DNA of 57,467 nucleotides, from IMG/VR virus record IMGVR_UViG_3300033233_000045, positions 1-57,467 of that record. One strand, given 5' to 3'. Shown piece after piece: positions 1-8,858 of the stretch (position 1 is its first letter; each line of letters starts with the position of its first letter). Under the pieces are notes generated by a model. That model did no database searches, was not told the DNA's origin, and saw only the letters and a program-made list of their open reading frames with translations. Made by a program: the position numbers and the translations under genes. This DNA is from a virus (taxonomy: Duplodnaviria > Caudoviricetes).

Positions 1-127
1 CGGTCTAATCGAGACGGGAGGAACAAATCGCATTTTCCGTGGACTGATGGATTCTTGGACTCCGGTCTAATCGAGACGGGAGGAACAAATCGCATTTTCC
101 GTGGACTGATGGATTCTTGGACTCCGG
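1..127 (+). repeat. Two exact 62-bp tandem units plus 3 bp; also the terminal overlap of a circular contig
   Basis: 1-62 = 63-124; 1-127 is identical to 57341-57467; a degenerate third unit lies at about 155-198. Confidence 0.95.
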
Positions 128-337
128 CCTTCTCTCTTCGCGACGATGATATGTGTCTAATCGAGACGAGAGAGATAAATCGGTCTTTCCGTGGACTCGT
201 GCCTGTACGACATTCGTTAGTGTACTTACGAGTCCAAAGAGTCCAAGCGAGGAACCGAGCGAATAGGCACGGAGTCCAAGAATCCACGAGTCCAACGAGT
301 CCACGGGATTCGTCTTTTATCGTTCTCGTCTCGATTA
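1..337. promoter_or_regulatory. Putative replication origin (iteron-like TGGACT/AGTCCA arrays)
   Basis: Non-coding and lower GC; TGGACT motifs on the left, five GAGTCCA (230-303) on the right, inverted TAATCGAGACGAG at 158-170/325-337; adjacent to the primase-helicase 3' end. Confidence 0.6.
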
Positions 338-376
338 TACTGAACCCCATTTGTTCCTAATCGCCTCCTACACGAT

Positions 377-2428
377 CTAGGAAAAAGGCGGTTTGGAGTA
401 AAACCCGCTGCCTAGATCGAGCAAATCACCCTGATTTACAAGGCGGCTCACGAGTTGATAAACGCTGCTTCGAGACCGCCCCAACTCCTGTGCGAGTTGC
501 GGGACCTTGACCGGCCCGTTGACGCGGGCGATGACGGCGTAGACCGCGGTCCGGTCCCGGTTCCGCTCGTAATCCTCCGCCTTCCCCTCCAGCGTCCAGA
601 TGGCGGCCTGGTGGTTCCACTCCAGGTGCATGTCCGCCGTCTCCACGTCGCGCCCCGTGATCCGCAGGGTGGCCGACGCCTCGTCGCGCTTCCCGTCGAG
701 GAGCAGGAGCGTGTCCGCCGCCGCGGCCAATCCCGTGGAGGCGTTCAGGCTGTCTACCCAATCCTCGCGGGCCATTTTGCTCTGGTGATGCAGGACAAGG
801 ATCGTGATCCCGAGGAGATCGGCCAGCGTCTTGACCAACGCGGCGGCCTCATAGTCCTGATCGTAGGCTGAGCCGCCCGGGGTCTGTGGGGCGCGAATCT
901 TGGCGTAGGTATCGAGGATGATGAGGCCGACGTCGGGGTGGAGGAGCTGCCATTCGCGGAGTATCCGGTCGCCTTGACCGCGGGAGCCGAACCGGGGCCA
1001 TTGGGTGCGGTAGTGGAAAGTGGCCGGGGCTTCTGAATCGCCGAGGAGCACGCGCAGTCGGCTCTGTAGCCGGCGTTCCGTGTCCTCCATCGACAAATAA
1101 AGAACACCCCGCTGCTCCACTGGAATCGATCCCAACACGCGACCCCCTTTCGCCACCGCCAGCGCGATGGCGAGCGCCAGCCACGACTTCCGCGTCTTCG
1201 TGCGCCCGAAGAGGCACCCGAACCCTTCCGGGAGAATTTCCGGCACGATCCAACGGACGTCGGGCAGCGTCCGGGCCAGCAACTCCTCCGCCGTCGCCGT
1301 TTCGGGCAGCACGATCTCCGGTCCCAGCCCGTTGCGCGAGATCGCGTCGATCCGCGCGGCGAGTCGCTCCCGCTCTTCCCGTTCCCGGACGGCGATCCAC
1401 ACCTGCCGCGCCGGCGGCTCGCTCTCCACGGAGGAAGAAGTGCTCTCTTCAGTGGCCGGCTCCGGCTCCGGTTCCAGCCGCGCGGGCGGCGGCGCGTCCG
1501 GGTCGCCCGGCATCGGCGGACGTTCGAGGCCCGACCCGGGCCGATACCCCTCGGGCGTGGCCGCGATGGCCTTGCCGATGGTGAGTGACCGATAGTCCTC
1601 CCGACTCTCCCACTTCGCCCGGACCAGGCCGGACTGCCGAAACAGCCGGTCCATCCGCGGGGCGTCGTTGTCCGTCCAAAACGCCAGGTGATTGCACAGC
1701 GCCTGATCGGCCGCGCTGGCGTCCCCGCCGTGGGCGCTCGTGTCGCCCGCCCACAGGTTCTGAATCTGCGCGCCGTGGCGGCTCCCGAACATCCGGTCGA
1801 GCAATTCGCGGTCGTCCAACGCGAGCGGGATATTGCCCGGCGCGGTCGCTGCCGACGCCGGGGTTGGCGCGGGCATGCTCCGGGCCAACTCATCAACCCG
1901 CGTCTGTCTCGCCGCGACGTGGCCCGGCGTCCCCGGCCACCGCCGTCCCGTGATCGTAAAATACCTGAGCCGGTCAAAAACCTCGACCTTCGCCTCGGCA
2001 TCGGCGTCTCCCTGGATGCGGCGTCGATGCCCCGCGTCCGTGGGCCACGTCGCCTCGACGATCAGGTGCAGCCCGCGCCCCGACGGGCTCAGTTCCGTGT
2101 ACGAGGCGAGCACGTCCACGATGTCCGCCGCCCACGGCTTGATCGTCCCGGTCTCGTCAATGCAGGCGTCGAGATCGATGCCGAGGAACGGATCGTCGGC
2201 CGCGAACACGTAGCCGATCCCGTCCATCTGGGGATGCGCGGCGACATAGGCCAGCGCCTCCTCGAACGTCACCCACGTGCTCGGCCGATCATGCCGCGCA
2301 TACCCGCCCGTCCGGCAATTATACGGCGGTTTGGTCGGCTTCGACTCCCCGGGTCGGACCTCCAGTTTCCAGCACACCCAGTGTGGAGAGAGGACCAACT
2401 CCCTCGGAATCATCGCCGCGTCGATCAT
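377..2428 (-). CDS. Primase-polymerase/helicase (NrS-1-like AEP + helical bundle + AAA_25/RepA-like helicase + C-terminal wHTH)
   Basis: WVCWK, GIDLD, SPSGRGLH and RYFTITG prim-pol motifs; SAADQALCNHLAFWT..MDRLFRQSGL bundle; Walker A-like GRTKTRKS, Walker B LIILDT, LHH motif. Confidence 0.9.
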   Translation of the reverse strand: MIDAAMIPRELVLSPHWVCWKLEVRPGESKPTKPPYNCRTGGYARHDRPSTWVTFEEALAYVAAHPQMDGIGYVFAADDPFLGIDLDACIDETGTIKPWAADIVDVLASYTELSPSGRGLHLIVEATWPTDAGHRRRIQGDADAEAKVEVFDRLRYFTITGRRWPGTPGHVAARQTRVDELARSMPAPTPASAATAPGNIPLALDDRELLDRMFGSRHGAQIQNLWAGDTSAHGGDASAADQALCNHLAFWTDNDAPRMDRLFRQSGLVRAKWESREDYRSLTIGKAIAATPEGYRPGSGLERPPMPGDPDAPPPARLEPEPEPATEESTSSSVESEPPARQVWIAVREREERERLAARIDAISRNGLGPEIVLPETATAEELLARTLPDVRWIVPEILPEGFGCLFGRTKTRKSWLALAIALAVAKGGRVLGSIPVEQRGVLYLSMEDTERRLQSRLRVLLGDSEAPATFHYRTQWPRFGSRGQGDRILREWQLLHPDVGLIILDTYAKIRAPQTPGGSAYDQDYEAAALVKTLADLLGITILVLHHQSKMAREDWVDSLNASTGLAAAADTLLLLDGKRDEASATLRITGRDVETADMHLEWNHQAAIWTLEGKAEDYERNRDRTAVYAVIARVNGPVKVPQLAQELGRSRSSVYQLVSRLVNQGDLLDLGSGFYSKPPFS

Positions 2429-2434
2429 GCCGGA

Positions 2435-2758
2435 CTATCGCTCCTTCGCGCCACCACGGGGCCGGGAAGCGTGCCCTCTCCCCGGCCCCTGCCCCCGTGT
2501 CTGAGCACGGTTTACGGACCCGCCGCTCTCAAGAGAGTGAACGCTCGAGTACGGCGGCAGGAAGACGTCGATCTTCGCCTCGTAGAGGCGCGCCAGCTTG
2601 ATCGCCAGGGCGAGGCGGACCGTCTTCTCCCCGCGCTCTAGCGCCGTGAGGTACTTCGGCGTCACGCCGCCGAAGCGCGCCGCCTGTCGGGTGGAAATCC
2701 CCGCCGCGATCCGCGCGGCGCGCGCCCCGCTCCGGATGTCGCCGCGCGTCCTCTTCAT
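2435..2758 (-). CDS. XRE-family helix-turn-helix regulator
   Basis: ARIAAGISTRQAARFGGVTPKYLTALERGE; ATG at 2758 overlaps the upstream stop. Confidence 0.8.
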   Translation of the reverse strand: MKRTRGDIRSGARAARIAAGISTRQAARFGGVTPKYLTALERGEKTVRLALAIKLARLYEAKIDVFLPPYSSVHSLESGGSVNRAQTRGQGPGRGHASRPRGGAKER

Positions 2759-3006
2759 CGTCGCGGATTCCGCTCCCGGTCCCACAGGATCGCCATGATC
2801 TCGTCCCAGAGGAAGAAGGTCATCAGGTCCTCCGACAACCGCAGCAGCACCCCGTCGCCGTCCGCCCCGACGACCTGGCCGGAGCGGTGTGTTCCGTCAT
2901 GGGCGCACACCGTGACGACGTGTCCCGTGGGCGGGCAGGCCCACGGACCGGGACGCGGTTCGGGGAGCGGCGGGGGCGGCTCCTGGGAAATGTGGATGAT
3001 GGACAT
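2755..3006 (-). CDS. Hypothetical protein (small beta-rich fold)
   Basis: ORF overlaps the downstream gene by 4 bp (ATGA-type coupling). Confidence 0.55.
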   Translation of the reverse strand: MSIIHISQEPPPPLPEPRPGPWACPPTGHVVTVCAHDGTHRSGQVVGADGDGVLLRLSEDLMTFFLWDEIMAILWDRERNPRR

Positions 3007-3054
3007 GGTGGCGTTCCGGGTACGGTCAGGGTGTGGGATCGGGTCCTCTCTGCG

Positions 3055-3306
3055 TTATGCGGAAACCCACCATGGAGACCATGAGCCATTCAGGCTGTAG
3101 CCTGATTCTCCGGAGGTCATCGTCGTTTCCAGCAGCAGTCCGGATTTCACCAGGGTGCTCAATAGCGGATAAACCGATTGAGGAGGCACCTTTAGCGCCA
3201 TCGCCAGTCGATGCCGCTGCGTGGCCGGTAGGCTGACGCCGTCCGCATATCCGTGCCGCACGAAGAATAGGGCGATCTTCAACTCGTTCTTTCCCAATCC
3301 GAGCAA
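3055..3306 (-). CDS. Winged-helix DNA-binding protein (start uncertain)
   Basis: LAMALKVPPQSVYPLLSTLVKSGLL...GYSLN wHTH pattern; TTG start. Confidence 0.55.
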   Translation of the reverse strand: MLGLGKNELKIALFFVRHGYADGVSLPATQRHRLAMALKVPPQSVYPLLSTLVKSGLLLETTMTSGESGYSLNGSWSPWWVSA

Positions 3307-3593
3307 GCGTGCGCGGCGACGAGACGCTGCCGACCCGGGGTTTCATTGCTCGGTCTCTTTTTCCCTCTACGGGCATTTTCGACCCGCTCTTCCATCCATT
3401 TTTCAAACGACGGCCGATAAATCCTCCACTGGAAGTTCGCTTCGCCCACCTGTACCACATGCGCCTGGAACGATTTCGACTTGATCCTGGCGTGGATGTT
3501 GGGCCGCGTGCATCCTACGAGGGCCGCCGCCTCGGAGATGGTGAGCCACTCACTGCTCGTTTCCACAGGCGAACCGCTCCTCTCGTTTTTCAT
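3279..3593 (-). CDS. Excisionase-like HTH_17 DNA-binding protein
   Basis: WLTISEAAALVGCTRPNIHARIK...WRIYRPSFEKWM. Confidence 0.75.
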   Translation of the reverse strand: MKNERSGSPVETSSEWLTISEAAALVGCTRPNIHARIKSKSFQAHVVQVGEANFQWRIYRPSFEKWMEERVENARRGKKRPSNETPGRQRLVAAHACSDWERTS

Positions 3594-3620
3594 GTTTCAA
3601 GGGCTTGTCCAACGTTCGGG

Positions 3621-3650
3621 ATTATATCATAAATGGGCTTAATGTAGCAA
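3621..3650 (-). promoter_or_regulatory. Sigma70-type promoter for the HTH/primase operon
   Basis: Minus strand TTGCTA-18 bp-TATAAT with an extended TGn -10, in an AT-rich patch. Confidence 0.7.
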
Positions 3651-3697
3651 TACTTTTTTCACCGGGGCATCAGACGGCAATGCCCCGGTGGAGAATC

Positions 3698-3901
3698 TCA
3701 CAAAACCCTTCGGTAATCGCAGCCCCGTTTCCGGAGCGAACTCCAGCAGAGCCAGAGGCAGATGTAACCCTTCCCGGTGACGTAGAAGCAGCGGCTCACT
3801 ACCGGATCGCCGCACATCGGGCACTTACCGCGCACCTCGTCGGGATCGGGCGTGTCGGCCGGCGGCGGAATGCATTCGAGCGACTGGACTTCGAGGATCA
3901 C
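3698..3901 (-). CDS. Small Cys-rich zinc-ribbon protein
   Basis: CPMC and further Cys; overlaps the upstream stop. Confidence 0.55.
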   Translation of the reverse strand: MILEVQSLECIPPPADTPDPDEVRGKCPMCGDPVVSRCFYVTGKGYICLWLCWSSLRKRGCDYRRVL

Positions 3902-4466
3902 AACGTGTCTCCTTTCCGGAGGCGGTCGATCTCGTCGATCAGAGCCACGGCGCCGTTGAGGGCGAAGGGAACCCCGTCAAGGGCGCTGGGACCTATCCGC
4001 ACCAACACGGGCAGCAGCATAGCCGCGACGTGCTCGATGCGCTGCCAGCGCCGGTCTCGTCCGGCCTCGCGCGCTTGTGCGAGGCGAATGTCGTCCGTTT
4101 CCGCCACGAAGTCGTCGTACGTGTATTCTTCTCCCAGCCTGTGTTCGCGTTCCATCGGGGTGCCCTCCGTCCCGTCGATCTGGGCGAGTAGGGTAACGGC
4201 GGCATGCAGCAGCGCGGGGTCGGGCGCGCGGGGCGAGTCGATGCCCTGTGCCCCGGCCGTCTGGCGTACAAGTGCGCGCAGCACCGCGGCCAGTTCGGGC
4301 GCGGCGGCGATCAGGCGCGCGTTGGCGAGGTCGGTTTCTGGGCCACGCAGTCCGTTGCCGTGCTCGGCGTGCTCCGATAGGTAGCAGACGGCGTTGTCGT
4401 CGCTGGCGAACACGCCGAAACAGTCGCTGTGCCCGTCGTCGGTCGTCCACGGTCCGGGTGTGTGTC

Positions 4467-4470
<4 letters not shown>
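3898..4470 (-). CDS. Conserved phage protein of the HTPGPW...ANARLIAAAPEL type
   Basis: Begins MRHTPGPW and contains ANARLIAAAPEL; ATGA overlap at 4467-4470 (the longer Arg-rich upstream frame is a shadow). Confidence 0.8.
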
Positions 4471-5299
<829 letters not shown>

Positions 5300-5300
<1 letters not shown>

Positions 5301-5416
5301 TAGTCGCTCTCGTCTTCCGTGAGGGGTATGTGGATACGTTGGGCGGCGACGGCGGACACACCAAAGCAGTTAGTGTGCCCGCCGTCGGTCGTCCATGGTC
5401 CGGGCGACTGTCTCAT
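5300..5416 (-). pseudogene. Truncated 5' duplicate of the HTPGPW gene (38 aa)
   Basis: MRQSPGPWTTDGGHTNCFGV vs MRHTPGPWTTDDGHSDCFGV; 54/66 nt identical. Confidence 0.7.
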
Positions 5417-5685
5417 TTCTTCTCTTTCAGCACGAGAGCCGTCATGTGCTTGCACATCAGTCCGCGCGGTCCGCAGCGATATTGCCAGTCGCGGCAGGAG
5501 CAGCCTCGCGCGCTCACCTGGTGGAACTGTCCGCTTTCCGGGTTGAGGCAGTGGAAAAACCGGCCGGACGTGTCCAGGACGAAGGCGAACTTCTCGCCTT
5601 CCTCGACGGCGCGGGCGATCCGCTCCCGCTGCATCGCGCTCAATTCCTCGTCCCGCGTCATCGTCGTCGTCCGTGTGCTTGCCAT
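5413..5685 (-). CDS. SWIM zinc-finger protein
   Basis: CSCRDW...CKH motif; GGAGAG RBS. Confidence 0.8.
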   Translation of the reverse strand: MASTRTTTMTRDEELSAMQRERIARAVEEGEKFAFVLDTSGRFFHCLNPESGQFHQVSARGCSCRDWQYRCGPRGLMCKHMTALVLKEKK

Positions 5686-5742
5686 TTGCGCTCTCCATCT
5701 GGTAAACTGGACCCGGTAAACTGAACCTCGCCAGGGTTCACC

Positions 5743-5782
5743 CGCCCTCGGTCGTTCCTAGCGGCCGGGGGCGTTTTTGTTT
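5743..5782 (+). terminator. Intrinsic terminator-like hairpin (plus-strand polarity)
   Basis: 12-bp stem cgccctcggtcg/cggccgggggcg with G-U pairs, followed by TTTTTGTTT. Confidence 0.55.
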
Positions 5783-5792
5783 GTCCATGGAT

Positions 5793-5821
5793 AGTATAAC
5801 ATAACCGGGGTTATATGTCAA
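5793..5821 (-). promoter_or_regulatory. Strong sigma70 promoter with a palindromic operator
   Basis: Minus strand TTGACA-17 bp-TATACT; ATAACCGGGGTTAT palindrome (5801-5814) in the spacer. Confidence 0.8.
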
Positions 5822-5908
5822 CCTCATTTATAGCAGTTGACCAAGGATGTAGGGAATCTGGCAGGAATCTTTTCCGGCTCTCTCGCGAACCGGGAGGCGG
5901 GGGCGACA

Positions 5909-7045
5909 ATGGCGAAGCGAAAACCGGTCGGGTTGGCATGCTCATGCGAACGGGCGCAACTGAACGCGGCGTTGCGGCGCGTGTCGCGGGCGGTCTCCAC
6001 GTCGAGCCCGCTGCCGATCCTGCACAACGTGTTGATCGAGGCGGACGGGGAGACGATGCGCCTCGCGGCCAATGATCTCGAACTGGCGATGGAGTGCCGC
6101 CTGTCGGCGACGGTGACGACGCCGGGAGCGGCCTGCCTGCCGGGGCGGCTGCTTGGGGAGATCGTCGCGGGGATCGCGGGCGATCACGTGACGTTCGCGC
6201 TCGGGGAGCAGAATGGGGTCGAGGTCGTCGGCGGCAGTTCGCGCTACCGTGTGATGGGACTGCCGTCGGAAGAGTTTCCTGCCGCGCCGGAGGTGGGGGG
6301 CGCGGTCTCGTTCACGCTCCCCGCGGACGCGCTTCATCGCGCGCTTAAGATCGTCCGAACGGCCGTGAGCGACGACGAGACGCGACCGACGATCACCGCC
6401 GTCAAATTCGAGGTGGGGCCGGGAAAACTGCGGCTCGTGGCGACGGACACGCACCGGCTGGCGATGTGCGATCTACTCTGCGAGGGAGTCGACGAGGAGA
6501 GCGCGGCGCTGGTCCCGGACCGCGTGGCGGCGGAACTGTTCCGGCTGTCGGCCGATCAGGGACAGAGGGAGATTCAGGCGCGCTGGGACCAGAATCAGGC
6601 GCTGTTTCGGATTGGCGAGACGACGCTCGTCTCCCGCCTCATCGCGGGGCAGTTCCCGCGCTACGAGCGGATCATCCCCAAAGAGTTGCCGACGACCTGG
6701 ATTCTGTCCCTCGCGGGATTCGGCGGGGCGGTGGACCGGGTGATGGTGGTGGCGCGCGAAAACAGCAACCGCGTCCACCTCGCCGTGGAGGAGGGCCGCC
6801 TGGTCCTCCGGGCCGTGTCGGGGGTGATCGGGGAGGCGCGCGAGGAGATCGAGGTCGAGGTCGCGGGCAACGCGATAGGCGGGGAGATCATCTTAAACGG
6901 CCGTTTCCTGCGTGAGACGTTGGCCGCGCTCGACGGCGAACGGGCGCGGCTGGATCTGAGCGACCCGGGCGCGGCGACGACGCTGCGGGTGGAGGGCCGG
7001 GACGACGCACGGGTGGTGATCATGCCGATGAGCGCGTCGGCGTGA
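5909..7045 (+). CDS. dnaN: DNA polymerase III beta sliding clamp
   Basis: PILHNVLI, ANDLEL, EEFP, DETRP, VATDTHRL, SRLIAGQFPRYERIIP and VIMPM motifs; GGAGG RBS. Confidence 0.95.
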   Translation: MAKRKPVGLACSCERAQLNAALRRVSRAVSTSSPLPILHNVLIEADGETMRLAANDLELAMECRLSATVTTPGAACLPGRLLGEIVAGIAGDHVTFALGEQNGVEVVGGSSRYRVMGLPSEEFPAAPEVGGAVSFTLPADALHRALKIVRTAVSDDETRPTITAVKFEVGPGKLRLVATDTHRLAMCDLLCEGVDEESAALVPDRVAAELFRLSADQGQREIQARWDQNQALFRIGETTLVSRLIAGQFPRYERIIPKELPTTWILSLAGFGGAVDRVMVVARENSNRVHLAVEEGRLVLRAVSGVIGEAREEIEVEVAGNAIGGEIILNGRFLRETLAALDGERARLDLSDPGAATTLRVEGRDDARVVIMPMSASA

Positions 7046-7077
7046 GAATCAGGTGTTTCCGTTCCGTGGGGGAGAGT

Positions 7078-7572
7078 TTAGTCGCGGGTGGCCTTCGGAT
7101 CTTCCCGCCGATCGCGCGCCGGTTCCTCCAGCAATCGTCGCGGATCGGGCTGTTCATCGCGTCGATGGTTAAGCCAGAATCGTTCCACCGCATCCACGAG
7201 CGCGCAGGATTCCGTGTAGGTCAGGTCGCGCAGGCGCGCGATGAGATCGGCCCCGTCCACCCCCCACTTTTCGGCGACTCCCTCGTGACGCACGGCGTCC
7301 TCGATCTCCTGCCACAGTTCCGGCGGGGCGGAGGCGTCGGCAAACAATGTCGCGTTGCAGACGTCGGCGATGAGCGCCTGCTCGTCACCGCTGAACCGGT
7401 CGCGCAAGGTCCGTCGGGCGCGATAGAGCGCCTCGAAATAGCGCTCCAGGCTGCCGCGCAGGACGGCGGCGGGCGAGGAATAGTAGCCGCCCGTATCCAC
7501 GCGGGCGTCCACCTGTTCGGCGAGACCCGGCGGCAGCCGGGTCCCTAGAACGCGGGAGGCGTTGTCTCTCAT
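7078..7572 (-). CDS. Ribbon-helix-helix-like regulator with a C-terminal helical domain
   Basis: GTRLPPGLAEQVDARVDTGGYYSSPAAVLRGSL resembles an RHH/ParD N-terminus. Confidence 0.6.
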   Translation of the reverse strand: MRDNASRVLGTRLPPGLAEQVDARVDTGGYYSSPAAVLRGSLERYFEALYRARRTLRDRFSGDEQALIADVCNATLFADASAPPELWQEIEDAVRHEGVAEKWGVDGADLIARLRDLTYTESCALVDAVERFWLNHRRDEQPDPRRLLEEPARDRREDPKATRD

Positions 7573-7874
7573 CAGTCATACTCCCATCGCGCGGCGACGC
7601 CCGCCCGTGGAATGAACTCGCGTTGTAGCACCGGCTCCCACCATCCGGCGGGTATGGGCAGCGTCTCGTGCTCCTCGTGGGACAGGGCGCCCTCCTCGGG
7701 GAGATACAGGAGGCGGCGTCCTGCGGCGTCCTCATACACGTCGGCGGGCAGAACGTGGGCATGTCCCGTCCGCTCACCCGGCACGCGGAGGCCCGCGGCG
7801 TCCGGCACGCGACGAACATCGCGGGGTGTTGGGCGCTCGATGAGCAGCACGTCGCCCTGGCGGATCTGTTTCAT
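7572..7874 (-). CDS. RQGDV/His-rich small protein (usual DUF6745 partner)
   Basis: RQGDV, GERTGHAH, HEEH and QREF motifs; GAGGAG RBS. Confidence 0.75.
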   Translation of the reverse strand: MKQIRQGDVLLIERPTPRDVRRVPDAAGLRVPGERTGHAHVLPADVYEDAAGRRLLYLPEEGALSHEEHETLPIPAGWWEPVLQREFIPRAGVAARWEYD

Positions 7875-7929
7875 GGGTTTTCTCCTCGCGCCGCCCCAGT
7901 CCGGGGCGGCGCTTGTGGCTTTGCCGGCC

Positions 7930-8736
7930 TTATGCGGCGACGTCGGGGTGATACTCCTCCGGCCTCTGGTCAAACGTCCACGCGATGGCGGCGTGAATCA
8001 GGGCGCGGGGTCCGCCGCTCTCCAGCAGCCGCGTGCGCGTTTTGCTCCGGTAGCTTCCGAATTTGGGGGGCACCCGCAGCAGATGTCGCTCTCCGCTCGT
8101 GGCGTCGCGGACCACGAGCACGCACTCGACCTGGCTGGAGCGCAGGGACCGCTGATAAAATGTGACGACGTGGCGCGTCACCAACGCGGCCGTGTAACCA
8201 GGCGCCACGTCAATGGTGTCGATCCGCGCCACATTGCGCCTCGTCGAACTGGGGGCGTCATCCCACACGGCGAAATAGCGCGCCTCGTCGGCCTGGGCCT
8301 GCTCTCCCGCCGGGCCTACCTGATCGAGCACGTGCTGCAAGTCGCCTCCGGTCAGGGTGGCGCCCTCCGAGAGAAGGCCGCGCCGCAGCAACTCGCGCTG
8401 GGCGTCGTCGCGGAAGATGGGGTAGGGTCCGATTCTGTGCGGATAGTAGGACCCGGCGTCGAGCGCGCGTCGCAGGATGTGCTCAGGTAGCCGGGAGAGG
8501 AGTGTCTCCGGCGTCAAACGATGGCGCCCGGCTCGCGGCAACGGTCGGTGGAGCCGGGACTCAAATGTCAGGACGCCCTGCCGACACAGATCGTTGAGGA
8601 CAGACTGTGCATCCTCCGTCGGTTTCTCCTGGATCCACAGCCGCCGGTGCGCGTCGGGCATGAGCCCGACCGCCTGGAGGCGGCGCACTGTCGCGGCGTA
8701 TTGTCCGCGCGGGGCGTTGATCGTAGCGTCAGCCAT
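7930..8736 (-). CDS. DUF6745-domain protein
   Basis: C-terminal LVVRDATSGERHLLRVPP...AAIAWTF...EEYHP. Confidence 0.7.
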   Translation of the reverse strand: MADATINAPRGQYAATVRRLQAVGLMPDAHRRLWIQEKPTEDAQSVLNDLCRQGVLTFESRLHRPLPRAGRHRLTPETLLSRLPEHILRRALDAGSYYPHRIGPYPIFRDDAQRELLRRGLLSEGATLTGGDLQHVLDQVGPAGEQAQADEARYFAVWDDAPSSTRRNVARIDTIDVAPGYTAALVTRHVVTFYQRSLRSSQVECVLVVRDATSGERHLLRVPPKFGSYRSKTRTRLLESGGPRALIHAAIAWTFDQRPEEYHPDVAA

Positions 8737-8800
8737 GACTGTCTCCTCGTCCTCGGCGCTTTCCCGCCGCCTGTCGGCGGAATGGCGTCGGACTGTTCTC

Positions 8801-8842
8801 TAACAATATGTTAACATATTGTTATCCAAATGTCAACAATAT
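8801..8842 (-). promoter_or_regulatory. Promoter overlapped by a perfect 24-bp palindrome (operator or recombination site)
   Basis: TAACAATATGTTAACATATTGTTA at 8801-8824; third AACAATAT at 8835-8842; minus strand TTGACA-17 bp-TAACAT with TGn. Confidence 0.75.
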
Positions 8843-8858
8843 AGCAACACTTTCCCGG

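Noticed and set aside
1-200. CRISPR array
   Set aside because: Units are contiguous identical tandem repeats with no unique spacers, and no cas genes are present
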